Shown here one piece after another: positions 40,838-51,000 of a stretch of 59,712 nt of DNA. The stretch lies in sequence record SRR20825006_884; one strand, written 5' to 3'. How positions within the stretch are numbered: the stretch's first letter is position 1; each line of letters begins with the position of its first letter. The notes under the pieces were generated by a model, which was not told where the DNA came from, made no database searches, and saw only the letters and a list, made by a program, of their open reading frames with translations. The translations under genes and the position numbers were made by a program.

Positions 40838-42922
40838 TTGGGAGAACGGGGTTTGCCGCTAATTGAAGACCTCGAGTTCCAACTCCACGTTTCGCTATTT
40901 GGTTCATTTCAAGTCGCAACACCATCCGAAACACCAATCGACATTTCCAACCGGCGCGCGCGTACCATTCTCGCTATGCTGAGTATAAATCCAGGGCAAA
41001 GCTTAAGCCGGGACTTGGTCAGCAAGCTAATATGGGCGGGCCGCTTCAAGCCTCAGGCGCGCGCCAGTCTGCGACAATGCCTGCACGATCTCAAACGCGA
41101 ATTTCAAGGCTCGGGTTGGGAAATTCTGGAGATCTCCAACACTCAGCTCGCGGTCAAATCACATTTGATCCACACTGACCTTCAATCGCTGGAAACAGCC
41201 TTGAAAGAGAGAGATGATGTCCTTGCAACACAGCTTCTGCTTGAGCTATCCGGAAAGCCTCTGCTCGCGAATTTCGATTTGGGAGACGACCTGACTCAAT
41301 GGCTCGCAATCCAGCGTGGTCAGATCGAAAACCGACTTCGGATTTCCACACAGCGCCTGTTGTCGGCGCTGAGAGCGAGCGGGCTAGACGAGCGTCATGA
41401 AGCTCTAGAACAAGCCTGGCACGGTTGGAGTGGCATATCTCGACTACGTCAACGTAGAGGACTTGCAATCCTGCCCTTCAAGCAGATTGACGAAGTAGGT
41501 GGCGATCTGTTTCTCGCAGATGCGGCGGTTGAGGAACTCTCGTCACGTCTTGGCGGATTGAACGGACTGGCGCTTGCCGGACAAACATCTGCGGAGGCGG
41601 TGGCTGGATCATCACTAACGCTTCCAGAGATGGCCGAGAAGCTTGGCGTGACACACTTCATTGAAGGCGCGGTCCATCGATCCACAGGTTCAGTCAAGCT
41701 CTCCATACGACTGATAGAGGGGGCTTCCGGCAAACAGATATGGTTCGATCAGATCGTTGAGTCCGAAACATACTTTTTCGATCAGCGTAAGTTAATCGGC
41801 GAAAATGCCATTGCGGGCTTAAGCCATGCCATGGGTCTTGAGCGAAATTCGCGGCCGGTACGGACGATGACGCGCAGCCGTGAGGCTTATGCGCTGTATC
41901 TGCAGGGGCGAACATTGACCCAGCGGGTAACACTGGAAGGGGGATTGCTAAAAGCTGTCGAGCTGCTTGAGCAAGCCTTGGAGATTGACTCGGAGTTTGC
42001 TGAATGCTGGACGGCCCTCGGCGAGGCGTTCATTCATGTCGCTGTCTATACGCCCTGTCTCGAGCGCGTTGCGCTATCAGAAAAAGCGGCATCTTGCGCG
42101 CGGCGCGCTTTGGATCTCGATCCCAATCAAGGCTATGCCTACGCGATACTCAGTATCCATGAATGGACGTGCTTTAATCCCGCTGGGGCGCTGGAATACG
42201 CATTGGAAGCCTATAGGCTGGAACCCCACAATGCCGATGTGACCCTGAGACTGGGATCCAGCCTATTGTATCTCGGACGCACAAGAGAGGCCTTGCCCTA
42301 TATCGAAGCAGCGATTGAACAGGATCCCGTCTATGGCCGGAACTATGTGATGCTTTGTGTCGCACACTTAAATGTTGGAGATCTTGAGGCGGCCATGCGT
42401 GCAGGACAACGGATGGCAGATCTCGGGATTCCAGGTTTCTATCTCGGGGTCGCTCAAGCTGCTGCCGGCAATCACGAAACCGCTGTCAAAACTTATTTTG
42501 AGACACGGCGTTATGTCGGAACACTCATTATGTCGCCACCTGGCGCGGCCGAAATCTCAGACGAAGCGCGCGATTTCTATTTGAAAACCGCCGCGGAAGG
42601 CATTTGCAGCGGCAATGAAGAGGCCCGCCAGACCTATTGCAAACTGATTGACATGCTGCACCAAACCTTGCTCGACCCCTACGATCAAACCGTCGCTTGG
42701 CCAGCGGTCTGGATGGGGCATTCTGACTTGGTGATGAAGGTCTATCGTGAACAGATTCACCCTGCCAATATGCCGGGGCTGATGAGCCTCTGGACCGACA
42801 TCGACCCCATCGGCCGTACGCTTCAGCACCCGGATTTCATGGCGTTTGCTGAAGACATTGGCATGGTTGAGGCGTGGGAAAAATATGGTTGGCCGGATCT
42901 TATCCCCTCAGACCCGCGCTAA
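40838..42922 (+). CDS. SARP/AfsR-like winged-helix regulator with TolB-like and TPR domains
   Basis: SLFGSFQ...SRDLVSKLIW...ARASLRQCLHDL; LAILPF TolB-like segment; EAYALYLQG followed by TPR repeats; start codon uncertain. Confidence 0.8.
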   Translation: MGERGLPLIEDLEFQLHVSLFGSFQVATPSETPIDISNRRARTILAMLSINPGQSLSRDLVSKLIWAGRFKPQARASLRQCLHDLKREFQGSGWEILEISNTQLAVKSHLIHTDLQSLETALKERDDVLATQLLLELSGKPLLANFDLGDDLTQWLAIQRGQIENRLRISTQRLLSALRASGLDERHEALEQAWHGWSGISRLRQRRGLAILPFKQIDEVGGDLFLADAAVEELSSRLGGLNGLALAGQTSAEAVAGSSLTLPEMAEKLGVTHFIEGAVHRSTGSVKLSIRLIEGASGKQIWFDQIVESETYFFDQRKLIGENAIAGLSHAMGLERNSRPVRTMTRSREAYALYLQGRTLTQRVTLEGGLLKAVELLEQALEIDSEFAECWTALGEAFIHVAVYTPCLERVALSEKAASCARRALDLDPNQGYAYAILSIHEWTCFNPAGALEYALEAYRLEPHNADVTLRLGSSLLYLGRTREALPYIEAAIEQDPVYGRNYVMLCVAHLNVGDLEAAMRAGQRMADLGIPGFYLGVAQAAAGNHETAVKTYFETRRYVGTLIMSPPGAAEISDEARDFYLKTAAEGICSGNEEARQTYCKLIDMLHQTLLDPYDQTVAWPAVWMGHSDLVMKVYREQIHPANMPGLMSLWTDIDPIGRTLQHPDFMAFAEDIGMVEAWEKYGWPDLIPSDPR

Positions 42923-42934
42923 GTCCCAGGCGAA

Positions 42935-42968
42935 TTAACGCTTTTTTGACGCCACCTCGAATTGACCG
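42935..42968 (+). promoter_or_regulatory. Direct-repeat operator/promoter, copy 1
   Basis: TTAACGC-TTTT-TTGACGC-N9-TTGAC. Confidence 0.55.
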
Positions 42969-43026
42969 TGTTGGCACAAGAGCACCATCCTCCGCGTACC
43001 CAAAAAGGGAATTACGGAGAGAAACC

Positions 43027-43479
43027 ATGAAACGAATTTTCAGCTTGCTACTGATCGCATTTTCAATCGGACTCACACCTGCGCAGGCCCAACTAGAGCC
43101 ATTCACTGATTATGAGATCAGCGACGCGGTCTGGGAAATCGGAACTATCAAGGTGAAGACCAATGCGGGCGATCACTATCTCGAGGGTCTGAAGGCGACC
43201 TGGGTTCGGGGCGCGGAAATCAGTAAAGAGCTCGGCTATATTGAGGACTATTCCATCTATTCGAGCATTACGCCTGAGAGCGGTGATTTTAATCTGCTGC
43301 TTGTCACAAAGTATGCCAGTCTTGCCGATATGGCTCCATCGAAAGAGAAGTATGAGGCAATCATGGACGCGCTCGGCCAGGAGCAAGCTGATGCGGATTC
43401 AAAGCGGGCGCTTGAGACCTATCCAGAATTGCGCGAAATCACCGGCAGCTACATCGTGCATGAGATCGACCTTAAATAA
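43027..43479 (+). CDS. Secreted hypothetical protein
   Basis: GGAGAG RBS; Sec signal peptide MKRIFSLLLIAFSIGLTPAQA; possible ferredoxin-like (NIPSNAP-like) fold. Confidence 0.75.
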   Translation: MKRIFSLLLIAFSIGLTPAQAQLEPFTDYEISDAVWEIGTIKVKTNAGDHYLEGLKATWVRGAEISKELGYIEDYSIYSSITPESGDFNLLLVTKYASLADMAPSKEKYEAIMDALGQEQADADSKRALETYPELREITGSYIVHEIDLK

Positions 43480-43609
43480 AGCCGGCATTTAACAGTGCGG
43501 AATTCTTTCACGGCACCCCGTTTCCTGGTCAAACCTCGATATGTGGGGTGTCGTATTTGCTTCTCAGTATGGTCCGCACCCGTCATGGTTACATAATCTA
43601 TCGACCGAT

Positions 43610-43643
43610 TTGACACTATTTTGACGCTTGCATCGCTTGACGG
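43610..43643 (+). promoter_or_regulatory. Direct-repeat operator/promoter, copy 2
   Basis: TTGACAC-TATT-TTGACGC-N9-TTGAC, same spacing as copy 1. Confidence 0.55.
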
Positions 43644-43704
43644 TGGTCGCCGTGACCCTGCACAGTTTACTCGTATTACATTAATAAAAACAGTGTGCTG
43701 CATG

Positions 43705-43846
43705 GCTTATCGGACCTCCGACCGAGAGGCTTGGCATAGCTGTGTCGACCGGAGACTTCTGGATGCCCCCCTAATTTTACTGGCAACAGAGGTCTCCGGC
43801 AAAGGCGATAAGCAGGGTTGGCTCCCGGTTATCCACAACCCTGTTT
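43705..43846 (+). ncRNA. Candidate structured leader RNA upstream of the MFS gene
   Basis: Closing helix GCTTATCG/CGATAAGC, a 13-bp internal stem 43749-43761/43787-43799, then a CAGGGTTG/CAACCCTG-TTT hairpin. Confidence 0.4.
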
Positions 43847-43863
43847 GAGTGAGGCACTTTGAT

Positions 43864-45216
43864 ATGACGGATAACGCGAATATCGCTCTAAAAGCCGGAA
43901 CCTCTACGCTGCCAGCTTATACCGAAAATGCACGTTTGCGCTTCGCGACCGGTACTTTACTTTATCTGGCGCAAGGCTTGGCCCAGGGGTTATTCTTCGT
44001 CGCAATTCCGAGTTGGCTTGCCGTGAACGGACAGCCCGTTGGGGCGATCGGGTCGTTTATCGCAGCAATCTCATTACCCTGGAGTCTCAAGTTTTTTATT
44101 GGCGCCGTTGTCGACCGGTATGCCTTTCTGCCGATGGGCCGTCGGCGCGCATGGCTTGTTGGCGCGCAGGCCTGCTTGATCATTTCGCTCATCGCCTTCG
44201 CCATTCGGAGCCCTTTACCGAGTGAGCTGGCGACGATCATCATTTTTGGCGCGGTCTTGTCGGCCATGACGGCCGTTCAGGACGTGGCGCTGGACGCGAT
44301 GATCATCGACCTGACTCCCAAGAATGAACTCGGAAAGATCAATGCTTTCATGCTGGGCGGAAAGTCTGTGGGCATGGCTGGCGGCGCGGCATTGGTTGGG
44401 TATTTCCTTGAGTATCAGAGCTTTCCGATTGCGATGATCGCAACCGCCTGCCTGTTCTCGATCCCCGCATTCGCCGCCATCCTGATCCGGGAACGCCCGG
44501 GTGAAAAACTCTTTCCATGGAATGAGGGCCAGACGTCGGTCCAGAGCCGCGATGCCAAACCAGACGCCTGGTGGCCTGTGTTGCGCGAAACGTTCCGCGT
44601 CTTGCTTCGGCGTGACCCGCTCTTGATTATTGGTCTCTGCGTTTTCTACGGCATGCATCAAGGCATAATCGAAGCGACGCTGCCGGCATTCGCAGCCCAG
44701 GAAATGCAGTGGGGAGAGACGCGATATTCGTCCTTGGCGGGGATTGGATATCTGATCTCCAGTGCCGGTTTATTGTTGGTTGGGGGCTGGGTAACCGACA
44801 AAATCGGGCCAGCCACACTCGGATATTGGACATCGGGTATCGTGGCCGGTGTCATCGCCATATTCATCTTTGTGGCACTCGCTTCGACAACCGACTTGTT
44901 TTTTTCAAGCTGGTACCTGTTTTACACCCTGATCGTTTCCGGGTTTTACCTCTGCATGGTGACACTGGGCATGCGCGTGTGTGAAGAGCACGTGGCGGCC
45001 ACCTCATATGCTTTAATGATGGGATCAATGGCGCTCGGCATGATGCTCGGTGCGGGCAGCGCCGGTCTTCTAGACCAGATCGGTGGTTATGCAGCCCTGC
45101 TGACGGCGGCAATCGTTACGATACTTTCGTCAGCCGCCATGGGTTTGGGGCTTAGCCCGGCTACCGGCGGGCCCGTCCGAGCCCCAGGCTTAGTCTCGGA
45201 ACCGCCGCCAAGATGA
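43864..45216 (+). CDS. MFS transporter, AmpG-like
   Basis: LYLAQGL, PWSLKFF..VDRY, GRRRAW, QDVALDA. Confidence 0.85.
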   Translation: MTDNANIALKAGTSTLPAYTENARLRFATGTLLYLAQGLAQGLFFVAIPSWLAVNGQPVGAIGSFIAAISLPWSLKFFIGAVVDRYAFLPMGRRRAWLVGAQACLIISLIAFAIRSPLPSELATIIIFGAVLSAMTAVQDVALDAMIIDLTPKNELGKINAFMLGGKSVGMAGGAALVGYFLEYQSFPIAMIATACLFSIPAFAAILIRERPGEKLFPWNEGQTSVQSRDAKPDAWWPVLRETFRVLLRRDPLLIIGLCVFYGMHQGIIEATLPAFAAQEMQWGETRYSSLAGIGYLISSAGLLLVGGWVTDKIGPATLGYWTSGIVAGVIAIFIFVALASTTDLFFSSWYLFYTLIVSGFYLCMVTLGMRVCEEHVAATSYALMMGSMALGMMLGAGSAGLLDQIGGYAALLTAAIVTILSSAAMGLGLSPATGGPVRAPGLVSEPPPR

Positions 45217-45248
45217 GAATCGGCCGCATCGCTCAGCATGTTCGCGCG

Positions 45249-46066
45249 GATGCTGTCAGTCTAATGCGAACCAGTCTCCACAATTCGCGGACGAGCAGGT
45301 GCTAGGCAACAAGGAGGTCGCGCCACTCGCGAAGCGCGGTGTCTCGTTTCTGTTTGAACAGGGTTCTGGTGTTGTCGTGCCTTTCAAAGTTGAAGTGATT
45401 GTGCACTGACGAAGAAACTGAGACGAACTTCTGCAGACTTCGCATCCGCCTGAGCCGGGACATCGCCCGCTCTCGCCTGCGGAAGGATAGGTGAGAAATT
45501 TATGCGCGTTTATTCAGATGGCGACCAGTTTCTTGGCGCGCCTCACTTCCGATGACCTTCATCGCAGCCCGATTAGACGGCCATCTACGAGTCACAATAA
45601 TTCGTGGATTCCCATGTCGCTTCATTGCTTTTTTGAGGAAACCTCAACGCAGCAGCCTTATGGCGCTTCTTCGCGACAAACGATTCCAAGACTTCGCTTT
45701 CATGATCCACGGCTCGCCAGAGGTAGTGGCGTAAGCCGCGAATCTCGACGAAGACGTCGTCCAGGTGCCACCGCCATTGGAGGCTTCTTCGCATCGACTC
45801 TGAGCGCCGCCTCCAGATCTTGTGTGCGAACAATGTGCCGAACCGATCAACCCAGAGCCTCAGGCTTTCGTAGCTGACATCTATCCCTCCCTCGCTTGTG
45901 GACAAGGTCCTCGACATTTTGGAGCGACAGCGGAAATCAGACGTACATCAACACGCAAGCTGGATGATCTCAGGCGAGGCTTTAAAGTAGCGACACGGGT
46001 TCTTGGCCATTTCCTCAGGCTAAACACCAGGATTGGTCGCCTCCAGATGTTTGCCCTGACAACACC
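45249..46066 (-). mobile_element. Degenerate IS6-family insertion sequence (transposase pseudogene at about 45302-46010)
   Basis: RWHLDDVFV...YLWRAVDHESEVL DDE segment and SHLSFRRRERAM...HNHFN C-terminus, with stops and frameshifts; imperfect terminal IRs GATGCTGTCAG / GGTGTTGTCAG; about 818 bp. Confidence 0.85.
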
Positions 46067-46083
46067 TTCTTGAGGCCATGCAG

Positions 46084-46347
46084 TCATCCCCCACTCATTG
46101 GAGGAATGAAGGCGACCTCATCCTCACTTGAAATTCGGAGTGTTGCCGCTGCGGGATGAATCTCATGATTCACACAGATTCGATTTTGCTGTTCGGAGAG
46201 CACCGCGGCAAGGTCAGGACGCGTTTGACATATGTGCGCAATAAACCTGGTTGCAGGCAAGTCTCCATCGAATTCGGGCATAGGCCATTCGTTGGCGCCC
46301 GCCAGATCCGACAGCTTTCCGAAAAACAGGATTTTTCCTTTCGCCAC
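46084..46347 (-). CDS. moaD: Molybdopterin synthase sulfur carrier subunit
   Basis: ILFFG...DEVAFIPPMSGG with C-terminal GG. Confidence 0.92.
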   Translation of the reverse strand: MAKGKILFFGKLSDLAGANEWPMPEFDGDLPATRFIAHICQTRPDLAAVLSEQQNRICVNHEIHPAAATLRISSEDEVAFIPPMSGG

Positions 46348-46349
46348 GC

Positions 46350-47408
46350 CTAGCCTCCTGTAACAGACATAGTGCGTTGTGTGGCGGGCTGGTCAATGCG
46401 CTCTGCATCGAAATTATGGCGCTCAGGCTTTTGGCGCAATGCCTGATCCAATACGTCGTGGAACACTGATCCATCCGGCTCTGCACGCAGGGCACCGCGC
46501 AGATCTACCCCGGCCTCGTATCCAAGACAGGTATATAACATACCCGTGCAGGTAACCCGCACACGATTGCACGTCCCGCAGAAATTGTGGCTGAGCGGTG
46601 AAATGAATCCCAATCGGCCGCCTGTTTCGGCAATTCGTACGTACCGCGAAGGTCCACCAGTCGAATAGACCAACGGCTCCAGGCTCCAGCGCTTAGCCAA
46701 CGTCTCACGTACTGTAAGAAGCGAAAGGTAGTGGTCTTCACGAGCGGCCACACCTTCGCCCAATGGCATGGTCTCAATCAGGGAGACATCAAAGGCCTGA
46801 CGATGAGCCCATTCGACTATTTCGGGGATCTCGTCTTCGTTGATGTTTCGCAAGGCCACAGTGTTGATCTTGATCTTCAATCCGACATCACGGGCCTTCG
46901 CGATCCCCCGCATGACCGTCTCGAACTGGTCTTTCCTCGTGACCCTTTGAAACATCTTCGGCGACAGCGTGTCCAGAGACACATTGATGCGCTCAATACC
47001 CAGACGTTTCAAATCCGCTGCATAGTGTTCGAGGCGCGTCCCGTTCGTGGTCAAGGAAATCTCTTTCAGACCGGTCGTGCCGAGTCTGCGCGAAAGATGT
47101 TCCAGCAATTGCATGACATCTCGGCGCACAAGGGGCTCTCCACCCGTGATCCTCAGTTTCGTGATGCCTCGCGCGATAAACCCATCAACCAGCCTGGCCA
47201 ATTCCTCAAAACTGAGAATGTCCGTCTTCGGTAGAAACCGCATACGCTCCGGCATGCAATAGGTGCATCGTAAGTCACACCGGTCCGTGACCGAGAGCCG
47301 AAGATAGCTGACCCGCCGCCCTGCCCCATCGACGAGCGCGGAACGCGGTGGCGCTTGGCCTGATGCGCCAACCTCCGCCTCACCGGGCCCGATAAGACGA
47401 ACCTTCAA
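46350..47408 (-). CDS. moaA: GTP 3',8-cyclase
   Basis: [30 protein letters not shown]-terminal GG. Confidence 0.96.
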   Translation of the reverse strand: MKVRLIGPGEAEVGASGQAPPRSALVDGAGRRVSYLRLSVTDRCDLRCTYCMPERMRFLPKTDILSFEELARLVDGFIARGITKLRITGGEPLVRRDVMQLLEHLSRRLGTTGLKEISLTTNGTRLEHYAADLKRLGIERINVSLDTLSPKMFQRVTRKDQFETVMRGIAKARDVGLKIKINTVALRNINEDEIPEIVEWAHRQAFDVSLIETMPLGEGVAAREDHYLSLLTVRETLAKRWSLEPLVYSTGGPSRYVRIAETGGRLGFISPLSHNFCGTCNRVRVTCTGMLYTCLGYEAGVDLRGALRAEPDGSVFHDVLDQALRQKPERHNFDAERIDQPATQRTMSVTGG

Positions 47409-47899
47409 GCCGAATCCTCAGCCGGCGACGCGGAGTAGTCACCCGAACTGCCTCCGGTTTTACTCAGCAGTCGGATGGAATAGACCTCCATGTCCTTCTG
47501 CACAGCCTTCAGCATGTCGTAGAGCGTGAGACAAGCGACACTCACCGCCGTCAGTGCTTCCATTTCCACGCCCGTCCGGCCAGAAGTGCGCACCTCTGCC
47601 ACCACTCGAAGGCCATTTTCATTGGGCGTAATGTCGACATTCACCCGTGACAAGGGAAGCGGGTGACAGAGCGGGATCAATTCGGCGGTCCGTTTCGCGG
47701 CCATGATCCCCGCCAGAATGCTGGTCGTGATTGCATCCCCCTTTTTCGACGTTCCACCCAATGCAAGATCCCGCGTTGCGGCGGACATGCGAACTACGCC
47801 TTCAGCCATCGCGACCCGCGCGCTGACATCCTTCGCGGATACGTCGACCATCTGTGGTCGTCCCTGGGAATCAAGATGTGTCAGTCCCTCTCCGCTCAT
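47405..47899 (-). CDS. moaC: Cyclic pyranopterin monophosphate synthase
   Basis: [23 protein letters not shown]. Confidence 0.96.
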   Translation of the reverse strand: MSGEGLTHLDSQGRPQMVDVSAKDVSARVAMAEGVVRMSAATRDLALGGTSKKGDAITTSILAGIMAAKRTAELIPLCHPLPLSRVNVDITPNENGLRVVAEVRTSGRTGVEMEALTAVSVACLTLYDMLKAVQKDMEVYSIRLLSKTGGSSGDYSASPAEDSA

Positions 47900-47903
47900 G
47901 ACG

Positions 47904-48464
47904 TCATCTCTCTTTCAAGCGGGGCATCAGTTCGACCATGTTGCAGGGGGCGTGGCGACTGTCCAATTGCCACCGGATCACCTTGTCCCAGCCGTCCCGG
48001 CAAGCGCCATTCGACCCGGGCAGGCAGAAGATGAATGTGCCATTCGACACGCCAGCACAGGCGCGAGACTGTAATGTGGACAGGCCGACGCTCTGATAGC
48101 TCACCATGTGCCAGACGACGGCAAATCCTTCGATCTGCTTCTCGAACAACGGCATCAGAGCTTCCGGCGTGACGTCCCGGCCCGTCAACCCGGTTCCTCC
48201 CGTCGAGATCACGACGTCGATGTCCGACGCGTCGATCCACGTCCGGACTGTCGCGGAAATGATTTCCTTGTCGTCCGTGACCAGCGTCCGGGCTGCCAGT
48301 ACATGACCTGCCTCTTCTACGCGCGCTGAGAGAATAGCACCTGACGTATCAGACGATTCATCGCGCGAATCCGAAACGGTCAGCAGGGCGATACGAACGG
48401 GCTTGAAGGCGCGCTCCATCACTATTTTGCCCCCGGGCGCTGGCAGTTCCGGCTTATCGGTCAT
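47904..48464 (-). CDS. moaB: Molybdenum cofactor biosynthesis protein B
   Basis: [31 protein letters not shown]. Confidence 0.94.
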   Translation of the reverse strand: MTDKPELPAPGGKIVMERAFKPVRIALLTVSDSRDESSDTSGAILSARVEEAGHVLAARTLVTDDKEIISATVRTWIDASDIDVVISTGGTGLTGRDVTPEALMPLFEKQIEGFAVVWHMVSYQSVGLSTLQSRACAGVSNGTFIFCLPGSNGACRDGWDKVIRWQLDSRHAPCNMVELMPRLKER

Positions 48465-48470
48465 ACGGGA

Positions 48471-48920
48471 TCAACTTTCTTTGTTCCACGCAGCTGCGGC
48501 CGCATGATCGCTCGATCTGGGCTCGATCCAGGTCTCTCCGTCGGGACCGATCTGCTTTTTCCAAAAGGGAGCACTTGTCTTCAGATAATCCATAAGAAAG
48601 TCGACAGCTTCGAAGGCAGGTTTCCTGTGTTTTGCCAGAACCGCTACCAGTACAATCGCTTCTGAAGGCAATATTCGACCAACACGATGAATTATCAGGC
48701 AGTCTAGCACATCGAACCGAGCCCGGGCCATTCGTTCGAACCGGGCGATCTCCGCTTCGGTCACGGCAGGATAATGCTGAAGTTCGAGCGCCGTGACGTT
48801 CCCATGCTCGCTTCGAACATACCCTTCGAAACTGGCAAGCGCCCCATAATCCGGAGAGCTCAGGCGATATGCCTGAAGTTCGGACTCTATGTCCAACGGA
48901 GCGCTTTGAATACGGATCAC
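48471..48920 (-). CDS. moaE: Molybdopterin synthase catalytic subunit
   Basis: FEGYVR, HRVG, MDYLKTSAPFWKK. Confidence 0.93.
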   Translation of the reverse strand: MIRIQSAPLDIESELQAYRLSSPDYGALASFEGYVRSEHGNVTALELQHYPAVTEAEIARFERMARARFDVLDCLIIHRVGRILPSEAIVLVAVLAKHRKPAFEAVDFLMDYLKTSAPFWKKQIGPDGETWIEPRSSDHAAAAAWNKES

Positions 48921-49014
48921 GCTGGAATTCCTCGAACAATCCTGACAACCCGGACAACCTAGCGCGGGATAGCCGCATGTTTACATCCCTTTTTTCAGGA
49001 GGCACCAAGATACG

Positions 49015-49770
49015 ATGATCTGGCTTACGCTCGGCTTCGCGCTTGTGGCACTTCTCTATTCGAGCGTTGGGTTCGGCGGCGGCTCGACGTATACGGCCCT
49101 GCTGGTGATCTCGGGCGTGCCCGTAATGCTGGTGCCGATTGTCTCCCTCTGCTGCAACATCCTCGTGTCCAGCCTGGGGGTGGCGAAATGCTGGAAGGCT
49201 GGCCTGTATCCAAACTCTCGCGTCCTACCGATCCTGGCCATGTCTGTGCCGGCAGCCTTCCTGGGCGGACTGACACCTATCCCCGAACGCACACTCGTCC
49301 TGCTACTGGGCGGCGCCCTGCTTGCAGCGGGCATCCAACTGGCATGGACAAGCTTCATGCGCACGTCCCCTGAGACATTGAGCACGTCGCGCCTGCCAAA
49401 ACTCGCGGCCCCTTTAATAGGCGCAGGGATTGGCTATGTGTCAGGCCTTGTCGGGATTGGCGGCGGCATCTTTCTGGCACCGATCCTCCATCTCGTCAGA
49501 TGGGCCCCTCCACGAACCATAGCTGCCTTGTCCAGTGCCTATATCGCGGCCAACTCTGTTGCCGCACTGGTCGGAAAGTCACTGTCATTGCAGACTGGCA
49601 GAATGACGATCGATCTCTGGGAATTCTGGCCCCTCCTCATCGCTGTCGCCTTCGGCAGCTGGCTGGGGCACAAACTCCTTCTCGGCATGTTCCCCGAGCG
49701 TTGGGTGAAAGCAATCACTGCACTGCTCGTGTTGATCGTGGCCTTCCGCCTTCTGACCAGTCATGTATAG
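49015..49770 (+). CDS. TauE/SafE (TSUP) family membrane transporter
   Basis: YSSVGFGGGSTY and SGLVGIGGGIFLAP repeats. Confidence 0.88.
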   Translation: MIWLTLGFALVALLYSSVGFGGGSTYTALLVISGVPVMLVPIVSLCCNILVSSLGVAKCWKAGLYPNSRVLPILAMSVPAAFLGGLTPIPERTLVLLLGGALLAAGIQLAWTSFMRTSPETLSTSRLPKLAAPLIGAGIGYVSGLVGIGGGIFLAPILHLVRWAPPRTIAALSSAYIAANSVAALVGKSLSLQTGRMTIDLWEFWPLLIAVAFGSWLGHKLLLGMFPERWVKAITALLVLIVAFRLLTSHV

Positions 49771-49779
49771 ACCGATCCC

Positions 49780-50970
49780 ATGATTACCAGACAGGAAGCC
49801 TTGGCGTATATCGGCAGTGTGCCAGCCATCCAGGAAACGGAAACGCTTCCATTGGAGGAGTGTGTCGGTCGAATATTGGCGGAAGATGTGGCGGCGAGAC
49901 TGACCCATCCGCCCGCGGCCATGTCTGCCATGGATGGCTACGCCGTGCGATTCGCAGAAGCGCTCAGCAATGGGCCTCTGGCATTGATTGGAGAGGCCGC
50001 CGCAGGCACGCCCTTTGATGGCATTGTCGCTCCCGGCCAATGTGTGCGGGTCTTCACCGGCTCGGTTATCCCGCGCGGATGTGACCATGTCATCATTCAG
50101 GAAGATGTCCGGCGGCAGGACACCACAGTCTGGATCAATGTGCCCCAGGTATCGCCGCGCAACATCCGGCAAGCGGGGGTCGATTTTCACGCAGGGCAAG
50201 TGCTTCTTGAAGCAGGTGCCCGGATCAGGCCAGCTCACCTCTCTATTTGTGCGGCCGCCAATCATGCATACATGATTGTGTATCGTCGCCCACGTGTGGC
50301 ATTACTGACCAATGGCGACGAATTGAAACCTCCCGGCTCCGACCTGCAACCCGGACAGATCATATCCTCCAACGAATATGCACTGAAGGCGTTGATCCGC
50401 GACTGGGGAGCAGAGGCCATCAATCTCGGTACAGCAAGGGATGACCCATCCGATATCAGACGCCGCGTAGAAGACGCGGGTAACCCGGATGTCTTTGTCC
50501 CAATCGGCGGCGCGTCCGTGGGCGATCATGACCACATGAAGGATGTTTTCGGGCATCTCGGCTTTGACCCCATCTTCACCAAGATCGCCATAAAGCCCGG
50601 AAAGCCGACCTGGCATTCCAGACGAGATCATCAATACGTTCTGGGACTACCGGGAAACCCGGCCTCGGCTCTTGTTTGCGCCCATCTCTTTTTGAGGCCC
50701 CTGATGAATGCCCTTCAAGGCCAACCAGCCGACGCCCAATGGATGCAGGCGCCTCTCGTAGCGTCCTTACCGGCAAACGGAGCGCGAGAGGCCTTCCTGA
50801 GAGGGACGCTGGCCCACACCAAGAATGAGGCGCCCAGTATCACGCCCGCCAGCAACCAGGACAGCTCTCTGCTCACCCCCTTTATCGAGACGAACTTCCT
50901 GATTCACCGCCCATCTGACGCGCCGGCCCTGGCGGCTGGAGATATGGTGGAAGGTGTCTGGCTGGCCTGA
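49780..50970 (+). CDS. moeA: Molybdopterin molybdotransferase
   Basis: SAMDGYA, GGASVGDHD, KPGKP, GLPGNP. Confidence 0.95.
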   Translation: MITRQEALAYIGSVPAIQETETLPLEECVGRILAEDVAARLTHPPAAMSAMDGYAVRFAEALSNGPLALIGEAAAGTPFDGIVAPGQCVRVFTGSVIPRGCDHVIIQEDVRRQDTTVWINVPQVSPRNIRQAGVDFHAGQVLLEAGARIRPAHLSICAAANHAYMIVYRRPRVALLTNGDELKPPGSDLQPGQIISSNEYALKALIRDWGAEAINLGTARDDPSDIRRRVEDAGNPDVFVPIGGASVGDHDHMKDVFGHLGFDPIFTKIAIKPGKPTWHSRRDHQYVLGLPGNPASALVCAHLFLRPLMNALQGQPADAQWMQAPLVASLPANGAREAFLRGTLAHTKNEAPSITPASNQDSSLLTPFIETNFLIHRPSDAPALAAGDMVEGVWLA

Positions 50971-51000
50971 TCGATTGATCAAACCCGTCAGAGAGGCAGG

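Noticed and set aside
43705-43813. Retron msr-msd interpretation of the structured leader
   Set aside because: No reverse transcriptase gene in the window; kept only as a generic structured RNA candidate
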